DNA of 62,723 bases, counting the filler, from Actinomycetota bacterium (GTDB lineage Bacteria > Actinomycetota > CADDZG01 > JAHWKV01 > JAOPZY01): assembly GCA_025963875.1 (NCBI GenBank). It is 3 parts of 3 records of this genome, joined end to end, with 100 filler letters (N's around TTAATTAATTAA, not from the genome) between each part and the next. Parts side by side here need not be neighbours in the genome. Positions count along the whole stretch, not along the records: positions 23,948 to 46,643 come from JAOPZY010000165.1; 2 more parts are not named here. One strand, given 5' to 3'. The position numbers and the translations under genes were made by a program. Below are positions 29,451 through 38,548 of this stretch, piece by piece (the first letter of the stretch is position 1; each line of letters starts with the position of its first letter). Below the pieces are notes generated by a model. That model was not told where the DNA came from. It did no database searches and worked only from the letters and a program-made list of their open reading frames with translations.

Positions 29451-30553
29451 GAACTCACGCCCTCGGGGGAGCAGTGCGGATCGATCAGGACGCCGAGTTG
29501 TAGCGTCAGCATCGACATCCAGGCGCGGCCGATCCGGGCAATGGCGGTGGGGTCACCGAACAGCCCGAATATGGCGGACGCGCCTCCGTCGACGATGTTG
29601 ATCGTGTTGACGGCCGCCATGACCCGCATCTCCACCCATCCCATGAGGGCAATCGTCAACTGAGCCGGGATGCCGACATCCGGGTGTGTTCCGGCGTTCT
29701 TCACGTGTGCATTGGCCACTCGGCGCATGTATGTGCCAAAGTCGCCGTCCGCATCGTAGGGATCGCAGGCAGTGCGCACCCACCAGGCCATCAGCGTCTC
29801 CTTACGCTGAGCCAGGTGGTGGGCGTCCTGGAAGTAGCCGGCCGACTCCGGCCTGCTGAGCAGGTAGGAGTAGGCAAGGGAGACGACGCCGCTCGCCAGC
29901 GGCGCAAGGAGCGTCCCTGTCTCTTCGAGGATCCTGCCCTCCGCAGCGTTGAACCCGGCGAGATCTGCGTAGGGATGCAGCTCTGGCCCGTGGTCGCCGG
30001 TCTCGTAGTCTCGGGGGCCGGTCGGCTCGCGCAGAACGGGCTCGAGCATGATGCCGAGCTGGAGCATGAGCTGGTCCATCCATATGCCCCCCAGGCCCGA
30101 CAGCGTGATGGTGTCGGTGACATTGCCCAAGGCCAGCAGGATCTCCCCCTGCACCAAGGCCATGGTGGCGACGATCATTTGGGGCGGCATCGGGACGGTC
30201 ACCCCGGGGAAGGTTGCCCCACCGCCGACGTGGGTGAGCCCCCTCACGAAATCAGCAAAGTGTGCGTCGAACGGACCGGTACTGCTCCTGGCAAGCCAGT
30301 TCGCGACTGCCTGTCGGCTGATATCTCCGCCCAAACCGGCGGAGAGGAGTCGGGGGGCGAGTTGGTCGATGACCGCCCCTGCCACCGCGTCGGCAAACGG
30401 AGGGGTGCGGAAGCGCCAGTCGCGGAGCATCTCGGCTTCGGCATCCCCGAAGTCGGCGAAATCCGCGAGCGGATGGAAATCGGGAGTGACGAGGGGCCGG
30501 CCATGCAGTCGCTGCGTCATCGGTGCTTCCGAATCCCGGGCTCGCCGGATCAC
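29447..30553 (-). CDS. tandem (di-domain) protoglobin-like protein, paralog B
   Basis: colinear with paralog A; identical blocks GGIWMDQLMLQLGIMLEPVL, YLLSRPESAGYFQD, IPAQLTIALMGWVEMRVM; GTG start with SD GAGGAG (alternative ATG 30520). Confidence 0.8.
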   Translation of the reverse strand: MIRRARDSEAPMTQRLHGRPLVTPDFHPLADFADFGDAEAEMLRDWRFRTPPFADAVAGAVIDQLAPRLLSAGLGGDISRQAVANWLARSSTGPFDAHFADFVRGLTHVGGGATFPGVTVPMPPQMIVATMALVQGEILLALGNVTDTITLSGLGGIWMDQLMLQLGIMLEPVLREPTGPRDYETGDHGPELHPYADLAGFNAAEGRILEETGTLLAPLASGVVSLAYSYLLSRPESAGYFQDAHHLAQRKETLMAWWVRTACDPYDADGDFGTYMRRVANAHVKNAGTHPDVGIPAQLTIALMGWVEMRVMAAVNTINIVDGGASAIFGLFGDPTAIARIGRAWMSMLTLQLGVLIDPHCSPEGVSS

Positions 30554-30725
30554 GTGCAACGCTCCTCTCGGGACCGTTCGTAAGCGTCGCAGTCCGCGGC
30601 GGCCAAGCCACCAGACTAGGACTGATCCTAAGAGGCGGAGATTTCTATCGCGTTACCAGCCCATGAACAACTCATTTCCACTGCCCCCGCGTCAGCCTTG
30701 TGATGCCGCCCGGGCGTCCTATGCC

Positions 30726-30755
30726 TTGACAGTTATATTCTCCGCTGAGTATATT
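30726..30755 (+). promoter_or_regulatory. housekeeping-sigma promoter with overlapping palindromic operator
   Basis: TTGACA-18-TATATT, 7 nt before GTG; imperfect palindrome ATATTCTC-CGCT-GAGTATAT. Confidence 0.65.
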
Positions 30756-30762
30756 TGCGGTC

Positions 30763-31110
30763 GTGACGCCCTTTGACGTGCTGGCCGAACCAACCCGCCG
30801 CCGGATCCTGGATCTCCTGCGGGCCGGGGAACGGCCCGTGGGCGACCTGGTCGACGGCCTGCGTGTAAGCCAACCGTCCGTTTCCAAGCACCTCAAGGTG
30901 CTCCGAGATTCGGGCGTGGTCGAAGCGCGGGTCGAGGCCCAGCGTCGCCTGTACCGGATCCGGCCAGAACCGCTGCGCGAAGTCGACGACTGGCTGGCTC
31001 CCTTCCGAGGCCTCTGGGGTCCGAGTCTCGACGCCCTCGAACAGCACCTTGACCTGATGGACGGAAGCCCAGCCCCGGAGAAGCCGGGGGAGAGGAGCTC
31101 ATCGACATGA
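30763..31110 (+). CDS. ArsR/SmtB family transcriptional regulator
   Basis: LAEPTRRRIL, SQPSVSKHLKVL. Confidence 0.92.
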   Translation: MTPFDVLAEPTRRRILDLLRAGERPVGDLVDGLRVSQPSVSKHLKVLRDSGVVEARVEAQRRLYRIRPEPLREVDDWLAPFRGLWGPSLDALEQHLDLMDGSPAPEKPGERSSST

Positions 31111-31628
31111 ATGGGAAGCTGGAAGCACTCGACGCCGATCGGTGGACCTTGCGCTTCGAGCGCCACCTGGCCCACCCGGTCGAGAAGGTCTGGCGGGCGC
31201 TGACCGAAGCCGAGCAACTCCGGAGCTGGTTCCCGCACCGCATCGTGGGCGACCTGCTCACCCCTGGAGCAGCGCTGCGCTTCGAGTACCCGAACGGGGA
31301 GTACCCCGCCTTCGAAGGAACGGTGCTGCGGGTCGAGGAGCCAACCCTCCTCGAGTTCCAGTGGGCGACGGACACGATCCGGTTCGAGCTGGTCGCGGAT
31401 GATGGCAGTTGCACGTTGACCCTGACCGACACCTTCGACGAGCTGGGGAAAGCAGCACGAGACGGTGCCGGGTGGCACACCTGCCTGGACTTCCTCGAGG
31501 CGGCGCTCGACGCTGCGACGCCCTCGTTCACCTCGAGCGAGCGCTGGCAGTCCGTGCATCCCGGCTACGTCAAGGCATTCGGGCCCGCGGCATCGACCCT
31601 TGGTCCTCCAGAAGCCGCATCGGCATAG
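31107..31628 (+). CDS. SRPBCC/AHSA1 domain protein
   Basis: LRFER...VEKVWRALT...WF, AGWH; ATGA overlap with ArsR. Confidence 0.9.
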   Translation: MNGKLEALDADRWTLRFERHLAHPVEKVWRALTEAEQLRSWFPHRIVGDLLTPGAALRFEYPNGEYPAFEGTVLRVEEPTLLEFQWATDTIRFELVADDGSCTLTLTDTFDELGKAARDGAGWHTCLDFLEAALDAATPSFTSSERWQSVHPGYVKAFGPAASTLGPPEAASA

Positions 31629-31887
31629 ATCCTGGCTGGCCGGTGACTCAGCGAACGACGAGCGTGGTCGTGGTGCTCCGCGTGTTGTTCGGCGGCGGCG
31701 ACGTTGCGGCGGTGGAACGTCCCGATGCAGCTGCCACGGCCGGCAAAGGGGTCAGCGCTCCGAGCATCAGGGGCACGAGGGGTGGTCCCAGTTTCCCACG
31801 AATATGGTGGGTTTCTGGGACCACCCCTTGAGGGGCGATGTGCTCAGGCCGGGGCAGGGACCCACCTGCAGTCCGGGATCGGACGTC

Positions 31888-32130
31888 TCACGCTATCCGC
31901 TCCTCCCATCCACTCACCTCGGCGGTACCTCCGAGCATCTCGGCTGGGCCGGCGAAGCGATGCCCCGCGGCGCACGTGACCTCCACGATCACGAGAACCT
32001 CGTCGGCCTCGGTGACATAGGTGATGGGGCCGGAGTTGATGGCCTCCCACGTATGGCAAGGCGCTGCGCCCTTCTCCGTTACCTCCGCCGGGGCGCCGCA
32101 CTGTGGGCAGGAGATCATGCATGCAGCCAT
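31888..32130 (-). CDS. small putative zinc-ribbon protein
   Basis: CPQC...CAAGH; SD GGGAGG. Confidence 0.55.
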   Translation of the reverse strand: MAACMISCPQCGAPAEVTEKGAAPCHTWEAINSGPITYVTEADEVLVIVEVTCAAGHRFAGPAEMLGGTAEVSGWEERIA

Positions 32131-32262
32131 CGAGGCCCCTCCCGACTATTTGAGCCCATCTGCGGTCCACCGGAGCCGATAGTCCGCTGCCCGGACGAGT
32201 CGTGTGTACGTATCTTTAGAGTCACGAGAGCAACCGCGAATACAAGCGTGCCCGAGGAACCG

Positions 32263-33261
32263 TCAGCCGGGCGGGGCAGCGGTCACCTGGATGGAAGGAT
32301 CGTCCGCTGGCTCGAGCGCCGACGTGAGGTTGGAGGAGGTAGCGCCCCGGGCCTGGAGCGCAACATCGAGGAAGCGCACGGTCTCACGACGCACGGCCAG
32401 CGCCTGGGGAGATGAACCGATATAGATGCCCATGTGATCACCACCGGCCACGGTCAACAGGACCTTCGACGTGACCCTGGCGGCTTCGAAGACCTGTCTT
32501 GCCCGAGGCAGCAATCCGTACTTGTCGCGGGTTCCGACGGCTACGAGCAAGGCCCCGGATGTCGGGGTGCCCCAGGGTCCCGGCATTCCGGAAGGGATCT
32601 CACCGGACAGCGAGAGGTATGCCCGCACTCGGGGGTCGGCGTAGGAGGGATGAAGGGCGAGCAGCGCAACGTCCGTCCCCCCGTCGGAGTGGCCGGCGAC
32701 GGCGATCCGAGTCGGGTCGACGGGCCCCGCCCTGCCCCCGAGCAGAGAGGTGATGACGAGGGAGATGTCACGGGCCTGCTCGGGGTAGTTGCTCACGGGA
32801 GAGCCGGGCAAGGTGTTGGCGGAGTCAGGAAACGTGGGAGCCGCAACCAGGTAGCCGGCAGCTGCCCACGCGTCGAGCAGCGGCTCGTAGACCGTGGGGT
32901 TGACGTTCCATCCATGGCCGAATACGACCAGGGGCAGCGGTCCGGGCAGTCCCGTCGGCCGGCGGATGACGATGAGCAGCGTGCGCCCCGCGTGGGCTGG
33001 GACGTCGCCCCGGGCGGGCGTGTCACGACTGGGATCGCCCAGGCTGAACGTTGCCTGCTCGACGGGGTAGGGGGGTGCGGGGGTCAACGGAGCCGGGCTC
33101 ATCGTCGGCGTGGTGGTCGCGGTGGGAGTGGTGCTCGCCGCGGGGTTGGAGACGCGGGTTGTGACCACCGTGCCCGGGCTGATGGTCTTCACACCCATGA
33201 CGTTGACTGCCACGGTAGCGATGCCTACCGCAGTCACTACGAGAACGGCACGTGACCTCAT
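32263..33261 (-). CDS. secreted alpha/beta hydrolase (chlorophyllase/cutinase-like)
   Basis: signal peptide, PLVVFGHG, GHSDGG nucleophile elbow, GTRD, GGDH. Confidence 0.85.
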   Translation of the reverse strand: MRSRAVLVVTAVGIATVAVNVMGVKTISPGTVVTTRVSNPAASTTPTATTTPTMSPAPLTPAPPYPVEQATFSLGDPSRDTPARGDVPAHAGRTLLIVIRRPTGLPGPLPLVVFGHGWNVNPTVYEPLLDAWAAAGYLVAAPTFPDSANTLPGSPVSNYPEQARDISLVITSLLGGRAGPVDPTRIAVAGHSDGGTDVALLALHPSYADPRVRAYLSLSGEIPSGMPGPWGTPTSGALLVAVGTRDKYGLLPRARQVFEAARVTSKVLLTVAGGDHMGIYIGSSPQALAVRRETVRFLDVALQARGATSSNLTSALEPADDPSIQVTAAPPG

Positions 33262-33309
33262 CCCGGTCAGGCTAGCTGTTGACCTCCGCCCTTGTGGCAT
33301 TCTGGCGGC

Positions 33310-34113
33310 ATGCCAGAGGCGCGTGAGGGCTACGCCCACGGCCATCACGAGAGTGTCCTGCGCTCGCATCGGTGGCGGACCGCGGCCAACTCTGCCGCCT
33401 ACCTCCTCGACCGGCTGGTCCCAGCGGCCGACGTGCTCGACGTCGGCTGCGGCCCGGGCACGATCACGGTCGACTTCGCCCGCAGGGTGGCCCCCGGCCA
33501 GGTGGTAGGCATCGACAGTGCCAGCGAGGTGGTCGCAGCGGCCCGGCAAGAGGCAGACGGTGTCGCCAACGTCGAGTTTCGAGTCGGTGACGTCTACCGG
33601 CTGCCCACGCCGGATGCGGCCTTCGACGTGGTCCACGCTCATCAGGTGCTCCACCACATCGCCGACCCGGTCGCTGCGCTGGTGGAGATGCGTCGGGTCT
33701 GCCGGCCGGCTGGCGTCGTCGCTGCCCGCGACACCGACTACATGGCGCTTGCCTGGTATCCGGAGGATCCTGCCCTCGAACGCTGCTTCGACCTCCAGCG
33801 CCACGTGCTGCGCGCACACGGCGGCCATCCTGATGCGGGGCGGCGGCTGTTGGGTTGGGCGCGCAGCGCGGGATTCTCGGACGTGGTCCCGTCGGCTTCG
33901 CTCTGGTGCTTTGCCACCCCCGAGGACCGCAGTTGGTGGGGTGGAATGTGGGCGGACCGGGTTGTCGACTCAGCGCTCGCCGAGCACGCCGTAGCGCATG
34001 GGCTGGCATCGAGGACGGATCTGGAGGCAATCGCCGAGGCTTGGCGCCGGTGGGCCGACACGGGCGATGGCTGGTTGGTCGTAGTCCATGGGGAAGTCAT
34101 CTGTACTCCGTGA
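33310..34113 (+). CDS. class I SAM-dependent methyltransferase
   Basis: YAHGHHESV, VLDVGCGPGTIT, FDVVHAHQVL. Confidence 0.92.
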   Translation: MPEAREGYAHGHHESVLRSHRWRTAANSAAYLLDRLVPAADVLDVGCGPGTITVDFARRVAPGQVVGIDSASEVVAAARQEADGVANVEFRVGDVYRLPTPDAAFDVVHAHQVLHHIADPVAALVEMRRVCRPAGVVAARDTDYMALAWYPEDPALERCFDLQRHVLRAHGGHPDAGRRLLGWARSAGFSDVVPSASLWCFATPEDRSWWGGMWADRVVDSALAEHAVAHGLASRTDLEAIAEAWRRWADTGDGWLVVVHGEVICTP

Positions 34114-34232
34114 GGGCGCATCCAGGAATGTTCTTGGCGGCCCTGTCCAATGTCGAACTGGGCCGAAGCCGTTCGTATAGAGGGTGAGAAGCCGGCACGA
34201 TGCCTGGCCCTGACGTAAAGGAGGAACACCAG

Positions 34233-34586
34233 ATGAAGCAGTACCTGCTCAGCGTTATCCAACCAGAGGGGGATCCTCCCTCGGCCGAGGTCCTGGACAA
34301 GGTGATGCGGGACGTCGATGCCCTGAACCAGGAGATCAGGGCTGCCGGCGCATGGGTCTTCGCCGGCGGGCTCTACCCCCCGAGCACCGCCACCGTGGTG
34401 CGGCTCCGGAACGGCGACGTGCTCACGACCGACGGCCCTTTCGCCGAGGGCAAGGAGCACGTCGGCGGGTTCTCGATCATCAAGGCGCCCGATCTCGACG
34501 CCGCGCTCGAGTGGGGCCGCAAGCTCACCCGGGCGACCACCCTTCCGACCGAGGTTCGGCCGTTCCAAGGCGAAGCCGAGAACTGA
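34233..34586 (+). CDS. YciI/DGPF family protein
   Basis: MKQYLL, TDGPFAEGKEHVGGF, EVRP; SD AAGGAGG. Confidence 0.92.
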   Translation: MKQYLLSVIQPEGDPPSAEVLDKVMRDVDALNQEIRAAGAWVFAGGLYPPSTATVVRLRNGDVLTTDGPFAEGKEHVGGFSIIKAPDLDAALEWGRKLTRATTLPTEVRPFQGEAEN

Positions 34587-34697
34587 CACCTGGCGTGCGT
34601 TCACGACGGGCATGGCGGAGGCCTCAAGGATCCTGTTGAAATGGCACCTGGGTGGCTGGGATTCTTCTCGGCTGGCGAGAACTTTTCCGGCCACCCT

Positions 34698-34880
34698 CGC
34701 GCGACCACCGTCGTCAGCCATCCGCCGAGGTTCTCGACGCCGCTCGTGCCGGAGCGGCTGAGATGGAGCCAGGACTCCTGGACGGCGTCGTCCGCCTCGC
34801 CCTGCGAACCGAGCATCCGGTAGGCGACGGCTCGCAGGTGGTCCGGTTGGCCTCGAAGTGCTCTTCTATCCCGTCAAGGA
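34698..34880 (-). pseudogene. ECF sigma factor (SigJ/ECF41-like) N-terminal fragment
   Basis: FEANR/HLRAVAYRMLGSQGEADDAVQESWL...GWLTTVVAR with a frameshift near 34840; homology then ends. Confidence 0.75.
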
Positions 34881-35087
34881 CATTGATCAAGCAAGGAAGC
34901 TTTATAGCAAGCTTTTGGGCGTCGAGCCCATCATGGATGAGGCTTGCAAGGTTGGCTTCAGGGTTGGGGGCCTCGACGTGGGTCTCGAGATGCAGATCGA
35001 CTGGGCGATGAAGCGCCGCCGCTGACGTTTGAGTAAATCCCGCCCCTATAGGGGCGGAAAACGCTCAAACGTTTATAGAATAGCGTT

Positions 35088-35363
35088 ATGGAGCCTTGGA
35101 TGGCGCATGCTACACGCCAGCATGGCGTCATCTCGACGGTCGAACTCCGACGATTCGGACTCATGGAGAAGGCCATCAGGTGGAGGGCTGCGACCGGGAT
35201 CCTTCAACCGCTGTTCGTCGGCGTGTTCCTCGTCGCTGGCTCGCCCCAGACGTTGGGAGCAGCGGATCAGGGCTTAGTCACAACTCGGCTGGCTCGGCCA
35301 GGCACCTCGCTCAGACCCAGCGAGGAGCCGGAAATCTTCTTCCTCGACTTGACATCGGCGTAG
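35088..35363 (+). pseudogene. truncated AbiEi-antitoxin/DUF559-type N-terminal fragment
   Basis: ATRQHGVIS..EL..FGL...AI..R...G.L..LF.GVF pattern; C-terminal domains absent. Confidence 0.55.
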
Positions 35364-35403
35364 GCCGTATTTTACCATCTAGTTAATTAACCGTACGGTG
35401 TAA
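35349..35403 (+). promoter_or_regulatory. promoter and palindromic operator of the second ArsR-SRPBCC pair
   Basis: TTGACA-18-TACCAT, then palindrome ACCGTACGGT (35390-35399). Confidence 0.65.
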
Positions 35404-35420
35404 CAGCGAGGCAGAATTGC

Positions 35421-35780
35421 ATGACGCAGGCAGAAGAGGAGTTTCTCGACAGAGCTTTTGCAGCACTGGCGGACCCGACCCGCCGAGCGATTCTCGCCCG
35501 GTTGGCCCTCGGGGAGGCAGCGGTGACGGAGCTGGCAGAGCCGTTTGAGATGAGTCTCCCGGCAGTCTCGAAGCACCTGAAGGTGCTCGAACGGGCAGGA
35601 CTCATCACCCGAAGCAACCAGGCGCAGTGGCGGTACTGCCGATTGGACCCGGCTCCGCTGAAGCAGGTTGCCCAATGGGTGGGAGATTACAAACGGTTCT
35701 GGGATGAGAGCTACGAACGTCTCGATGAGTACTTGGAAGATCTCAAAAGGAAAACCGCACAGGAAGGAGTCGAAGGATGA
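35421..35780 (+). CDS. ArsR/SmtB family transcriptional regulator
   Basis: FAALADPTRRAIL, SLPAVSKHLKVLE. Confidence 0.93.
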   Translation: MTQAEEEFLDRAFAALADPTRRAILARLALGEAAVTELAEPFEMSLPAVSKHLKVLERAGLITRSNQAQWRYCRLDPAPLKQVAQWVGDYKRFWDESYERLDEYLEDLKRKTAQEGVEG

Positions 35781-36268
35781 ACGCCACCGTCGGCAATTTG
35801 AACGTAGAAGCTCCCGAGGACCGCCCCGTTACCATCATGAGCCGCACGTTCAACGCCCCTCGTGACCTTGTCTTCAAGGCGCACAGCAGCTGCGAGCACG
35901 TCTCCAAGTGGTGGGGCCCGAGGAGGCACTCGTTCGCCAGCTGCGAGATGGACTTCGTTGAAGGCGGCGCTTGGCGGTACGTGCTCCGGGGCGCCGATGG
36001 CAGCGAGTACCCCTTCAAGGGCGAGTTCCGCGAGATTCAAGCCCCCGAGCGCCTGACCTGGACCTTCGTCTACGACGTCGCGCCGTTCAACGAGCACGAG
36101 GGAGTCGAGACGATGATCTTCAGCGAAGAGGACGGCCGGACGACCCTCACGGTCACCTCGGTCTATCCCTCGATCGAGATCCGTGACGCCGTCGTCTCCA
36201 CCGGGATGGTTGAAGGTGCCGCCGAGACCTACGAGCGTCTGGAGGAGTACGCCGCCACCCTGAGCTAG
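35777..36268 (+). CDS. SRPBCC/AHSA1 domain protein
   Basis: RTFNAPRDLVF, WWGP, GGAWRY, GMVEG. Confidence 0.92.
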   Translation: MNATVGNLNVEAPEDRPVTIMSRTFNAPRDLVFKAHSSCEHVSKWWGPRRHSFASCEMDFVEGGAWRYVLRGADGSEYPFKGEFREIQAPERLTWTFVYDVAPFNEHEGVETMIFSEEDGRTTLTVTSVYPSIEIRDAVVSTGMVEGAAETYERLEEYAATLS

Positions 36269-36280
36269 GGCCCGTCGCTC

Positions 36281-36311
36281 TGCACCCCCGGACCATCAAG
36301 CCGGGGGTGCA
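36281..36311. terminator. GC-rich hairpin between convergent genes
   Basis: TGCACCCCCGG-9-CCGGGGGTGCA perfect 11-bp stem. Confidence 0.65.
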
Positions 36312-36513
36312 GTCGCGTCCATCGCCCGGCGCTGGTCCTGTCGACCGTGGGCTTTATTCGGGTGTATCCGGGGCGCGGTGTTCACTCCGGGAAATGCGTT
36401 CCAATAGCCATACTTCGCCGCCATCACCGCCCAGGACAACTTTGTTGGCTTTACCGCTACCGCGTATAGCGCGGCGAAACAAACAAAGTTGTTGAGACCT
36501 GAGGTGAAGGCCA

Positions 36514-36912
36514 TCAGGCCAGGGCGGCGTTGACAACCGCTTGTGCAGCGCCCAGAACCGGAAGCAGTTCATCAGGCAGTCCATGGCGTTGAAGCAGGTA
36601 GAGGGCATCGTTGACGGCAACCCAAACATGTTCGGTCTCGTCTTGCCAGATCAGAATCTTGAGCGGCAGATCGATCGCCGCTTCGGGCGACACCTCCATC
36701 ACCTTGGTTCCGGCCGCTGGGCTGCCGAAGACGAGCAGGGTAGTGGGCCGAAGCCGCAAACCGGCGCGCTCCGCCTCCCGCGCCTGGTCAATCACGGTGA
36801 AGAGGGTGAGCTGTCGCCGTTCGATCTCCGAGCGCAGCCGGGCGATCGTGTCCTGATAGCTATGCGGGCTCGGTGTCCGGACAATTCCCCTGGCTTCGCT
36901 CGGGCGGCTCAT
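36514..36912 (-). CDS. DUF302 family protein
   Basis: FTVID...A...GL.LRPT.L.VFG.P..GT, IDLPLKILIW. Confidence 0.88.
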   Translation of the reverse strand: MSRPSEARGIVRTPSPHSYQDTIARLRSEIERRQLTLFTVIDQAREAERAGLRLRPTTLLVFGSPAAGTKVMEVSPEAAIDLPLKILIWQDETEHVWVAVNDALYLLQRHGLPDELLPVLGAAQAVVNAALA

Positions 36913-36967
36913 CAGGCGATTATGCAGCCCTCGGCAGGTAGAGAGCTACACGACCGGGGGAAGTTGG

Positions 36968-38542
36968 TCATGCTGCATCCGTCCCGGGCGTTGTTCGGGG
37001 CCGGGAGGCCGCGACGTCGCCTGCCGCCTCCACGGCGGACGGGAGCTCCCACACGGCCCGTCTACCGAGCAGCGTGGTGACGAACGCGGCAGCCACCAGG
37101 GCGACGGCCACCGCTACCAGCAGCGTGACGTGCAGGGCGTCGACGAATGCGCCTCGGGCAGAGGTTGCGAACACGGAGCCTGGGCCGGCGGGCAGGTTGG
37201 ATGCCGAGCCGAGCGCAGCGCCGAGGTTGGCGGTGCCCGCCCGGCCCAGCGCCGGCAGACCCTGGATCGCCGGCAGGAGGTTGCGTCGAAACTGCGATGC
37301 CAGGATGCTCCCGAGGACCGCAACGCCCAGGGCACCGCCGAGCTCGCGCGTGGCGTCGTTGACGGCGGAGCCGACACCGGCTTTCCGCAGCGGCAGCGAC
37401 CTCATGATGGCGCCGGTCGACGGCGCCATGGTCACGCCCATGCCGAGGGCGCTGACCGCCAGCCCCAGCGTCAGCACCGAGTAGTCCGCCCTGATGCCGG
37501 CACGGGAGATGATCGCCATGCCGGCGGCAAGGGTCACGAGGCCGAGCCCCACCACCCGGCGCTGGCCCCACCGCTCCACCATCCTGGCCGACAGGGGGGC
37601 GGTGGCCATGAAGACGATGGGGATCGGGAGGATGCGAAGCCCTGCCAGCAGCGGCGAGAGACCCAGCACGAGCTGGAGGTACTGGGTGAGGAGGAACACC
37701 ATCCCGTACATCGTGAAGAAGATGAACGTCAGCGTTGTGGTGGCCGCCGTGAACGTCGGGTTGCCGAAGAACGCCATGTCGAGCATGGGGTTCTCGCACC
37801 GTCGCTCCCACCAGACGAAGGCGACGAGGAAGGCGGCAGCGATCCCGAGCCATGCGACGGTCGCCGGGGCAGCCCAACCCCTGGCCGGCGCTTCGATGAT
37901 GGCGTAGATGAGGGCACCGAGGGCGCCGATGGACAGGACGGCGCCGGGTGGGTCGAGCGGCGCCTCGTGGTGATCGCCGGCCCGGGGGATGAGCCAGGCC
38001 CCCGCAGCCAGCGCCACGAGCGCCACTGCGATGTTGGTGAGGAAGATCGATCCCCACCAGAAGTGGAGCAGGAGCCACCCGCTCAGCACGGACCCGCCCG
38101 CGCCGCCAGCTCCGGCGAAGCCCGCCCAGATCGCGATGGCCCTGGGCCGCTCCCGTTGCGGGAAGACCTGGGCGAGCACGGACAGGGTGGCCGGCATGAC
38201 GAGGGCTGCCCCGACGCCCATCACTCCCCGCGCGGCAACGAGCTGGCCGGCGGACGTCGATACGGCTGCGGCACCGGAAGCGAGAGCGAAGATCACCAGG
38301 CCGACGTTGAGCGCTCGCTTCCGGCCGTACCGATCACCCAGGGAGCCGGCGGTCAGCAGGAGCCCGGCAAAGACCAGGCTGTAGGCGTCGACGATCCACT
38401 GGAGCTGGCTGGCGCTGGCGTGCAGATTGCGAGCCAGCGACGGTAACCCGACGTTGAGTGATGTGTTCGAGACAGAGATGAGGACGAGGCTCAGACAGAG
38501 GACGGCCAGAATCCACCACCGGCGCTCGTAGTCTCGGGTCAT
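36968..38542 (-). CDS. MFS transporter, DHA2 (EmrB/QacA) family
   Basis: WIVDAYSL, GSLGDRYGRKR, RELGGALG. Confidence 0.92.
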   Translation of the reverse strand: MTRDYERRWWILAVLCLSLVLISVSNTSLNVGLPSLARNLHASASQLQWIVDAYSLVFAGLLLTAGSLGDRYGRKRALNVGLVIFALASGAAAVSTSAGQLVAARGVMGVGAALVMPATLSVLAQVFPQRERPRAIAIWAGFAGAGGAGGSVLSGWLLLHFWWGSIFLTNIAVALVALAAGAWLIPRAGDHHEAPLDPPGAVLSIGALGALIYAIIEAPARGWAAPATVAWLGIAAAFLVAFVWWERRCENPMLDMAFFGNPTFTAATTTLTFIFFTMYGMVFLLTQYLQLVLGLSPLLAGLRILPIPIVFMATAPLSARMVERWGQRRVVGLGLVTLAAGMAIISRAGIRADYSVLTLGLAVSALGMGVTMAPSTGAIMRSLPLRKAGVGSAVNDATRELGGALGVAVLGSILASQFRRNLLPAIQGLPALGRAGTANLGAALGSASNLPAGPGSVFATSARGAFVDALHVTLLVAVAVALVAAAFVTTLLGRRAVWELPSAVEAAGDVAASRPRTTPGTDAA

Positions 38543-38548
38543 CGACGA

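Noticed and set aside
32263..33828. 521-aa extended hydrolase ORF
   Set aside because: Upstream part is antisense to the methyltransferase; the signal peptide starts at 33261
35383..35390. TTAATTAA resembling the linker
   Set aside because: No flanking Ns; part of the ArsR promoter/operator
36436..36492. AT-rich hairpin ACAACTTTGTT...AACAAAGTTGT as an integron attC site
   Set aside because: Ends do not fit RYYYAAC/GTTRRRY, single copy, no IntI; more likely a 3' stem-loop of the DUF302 transcript
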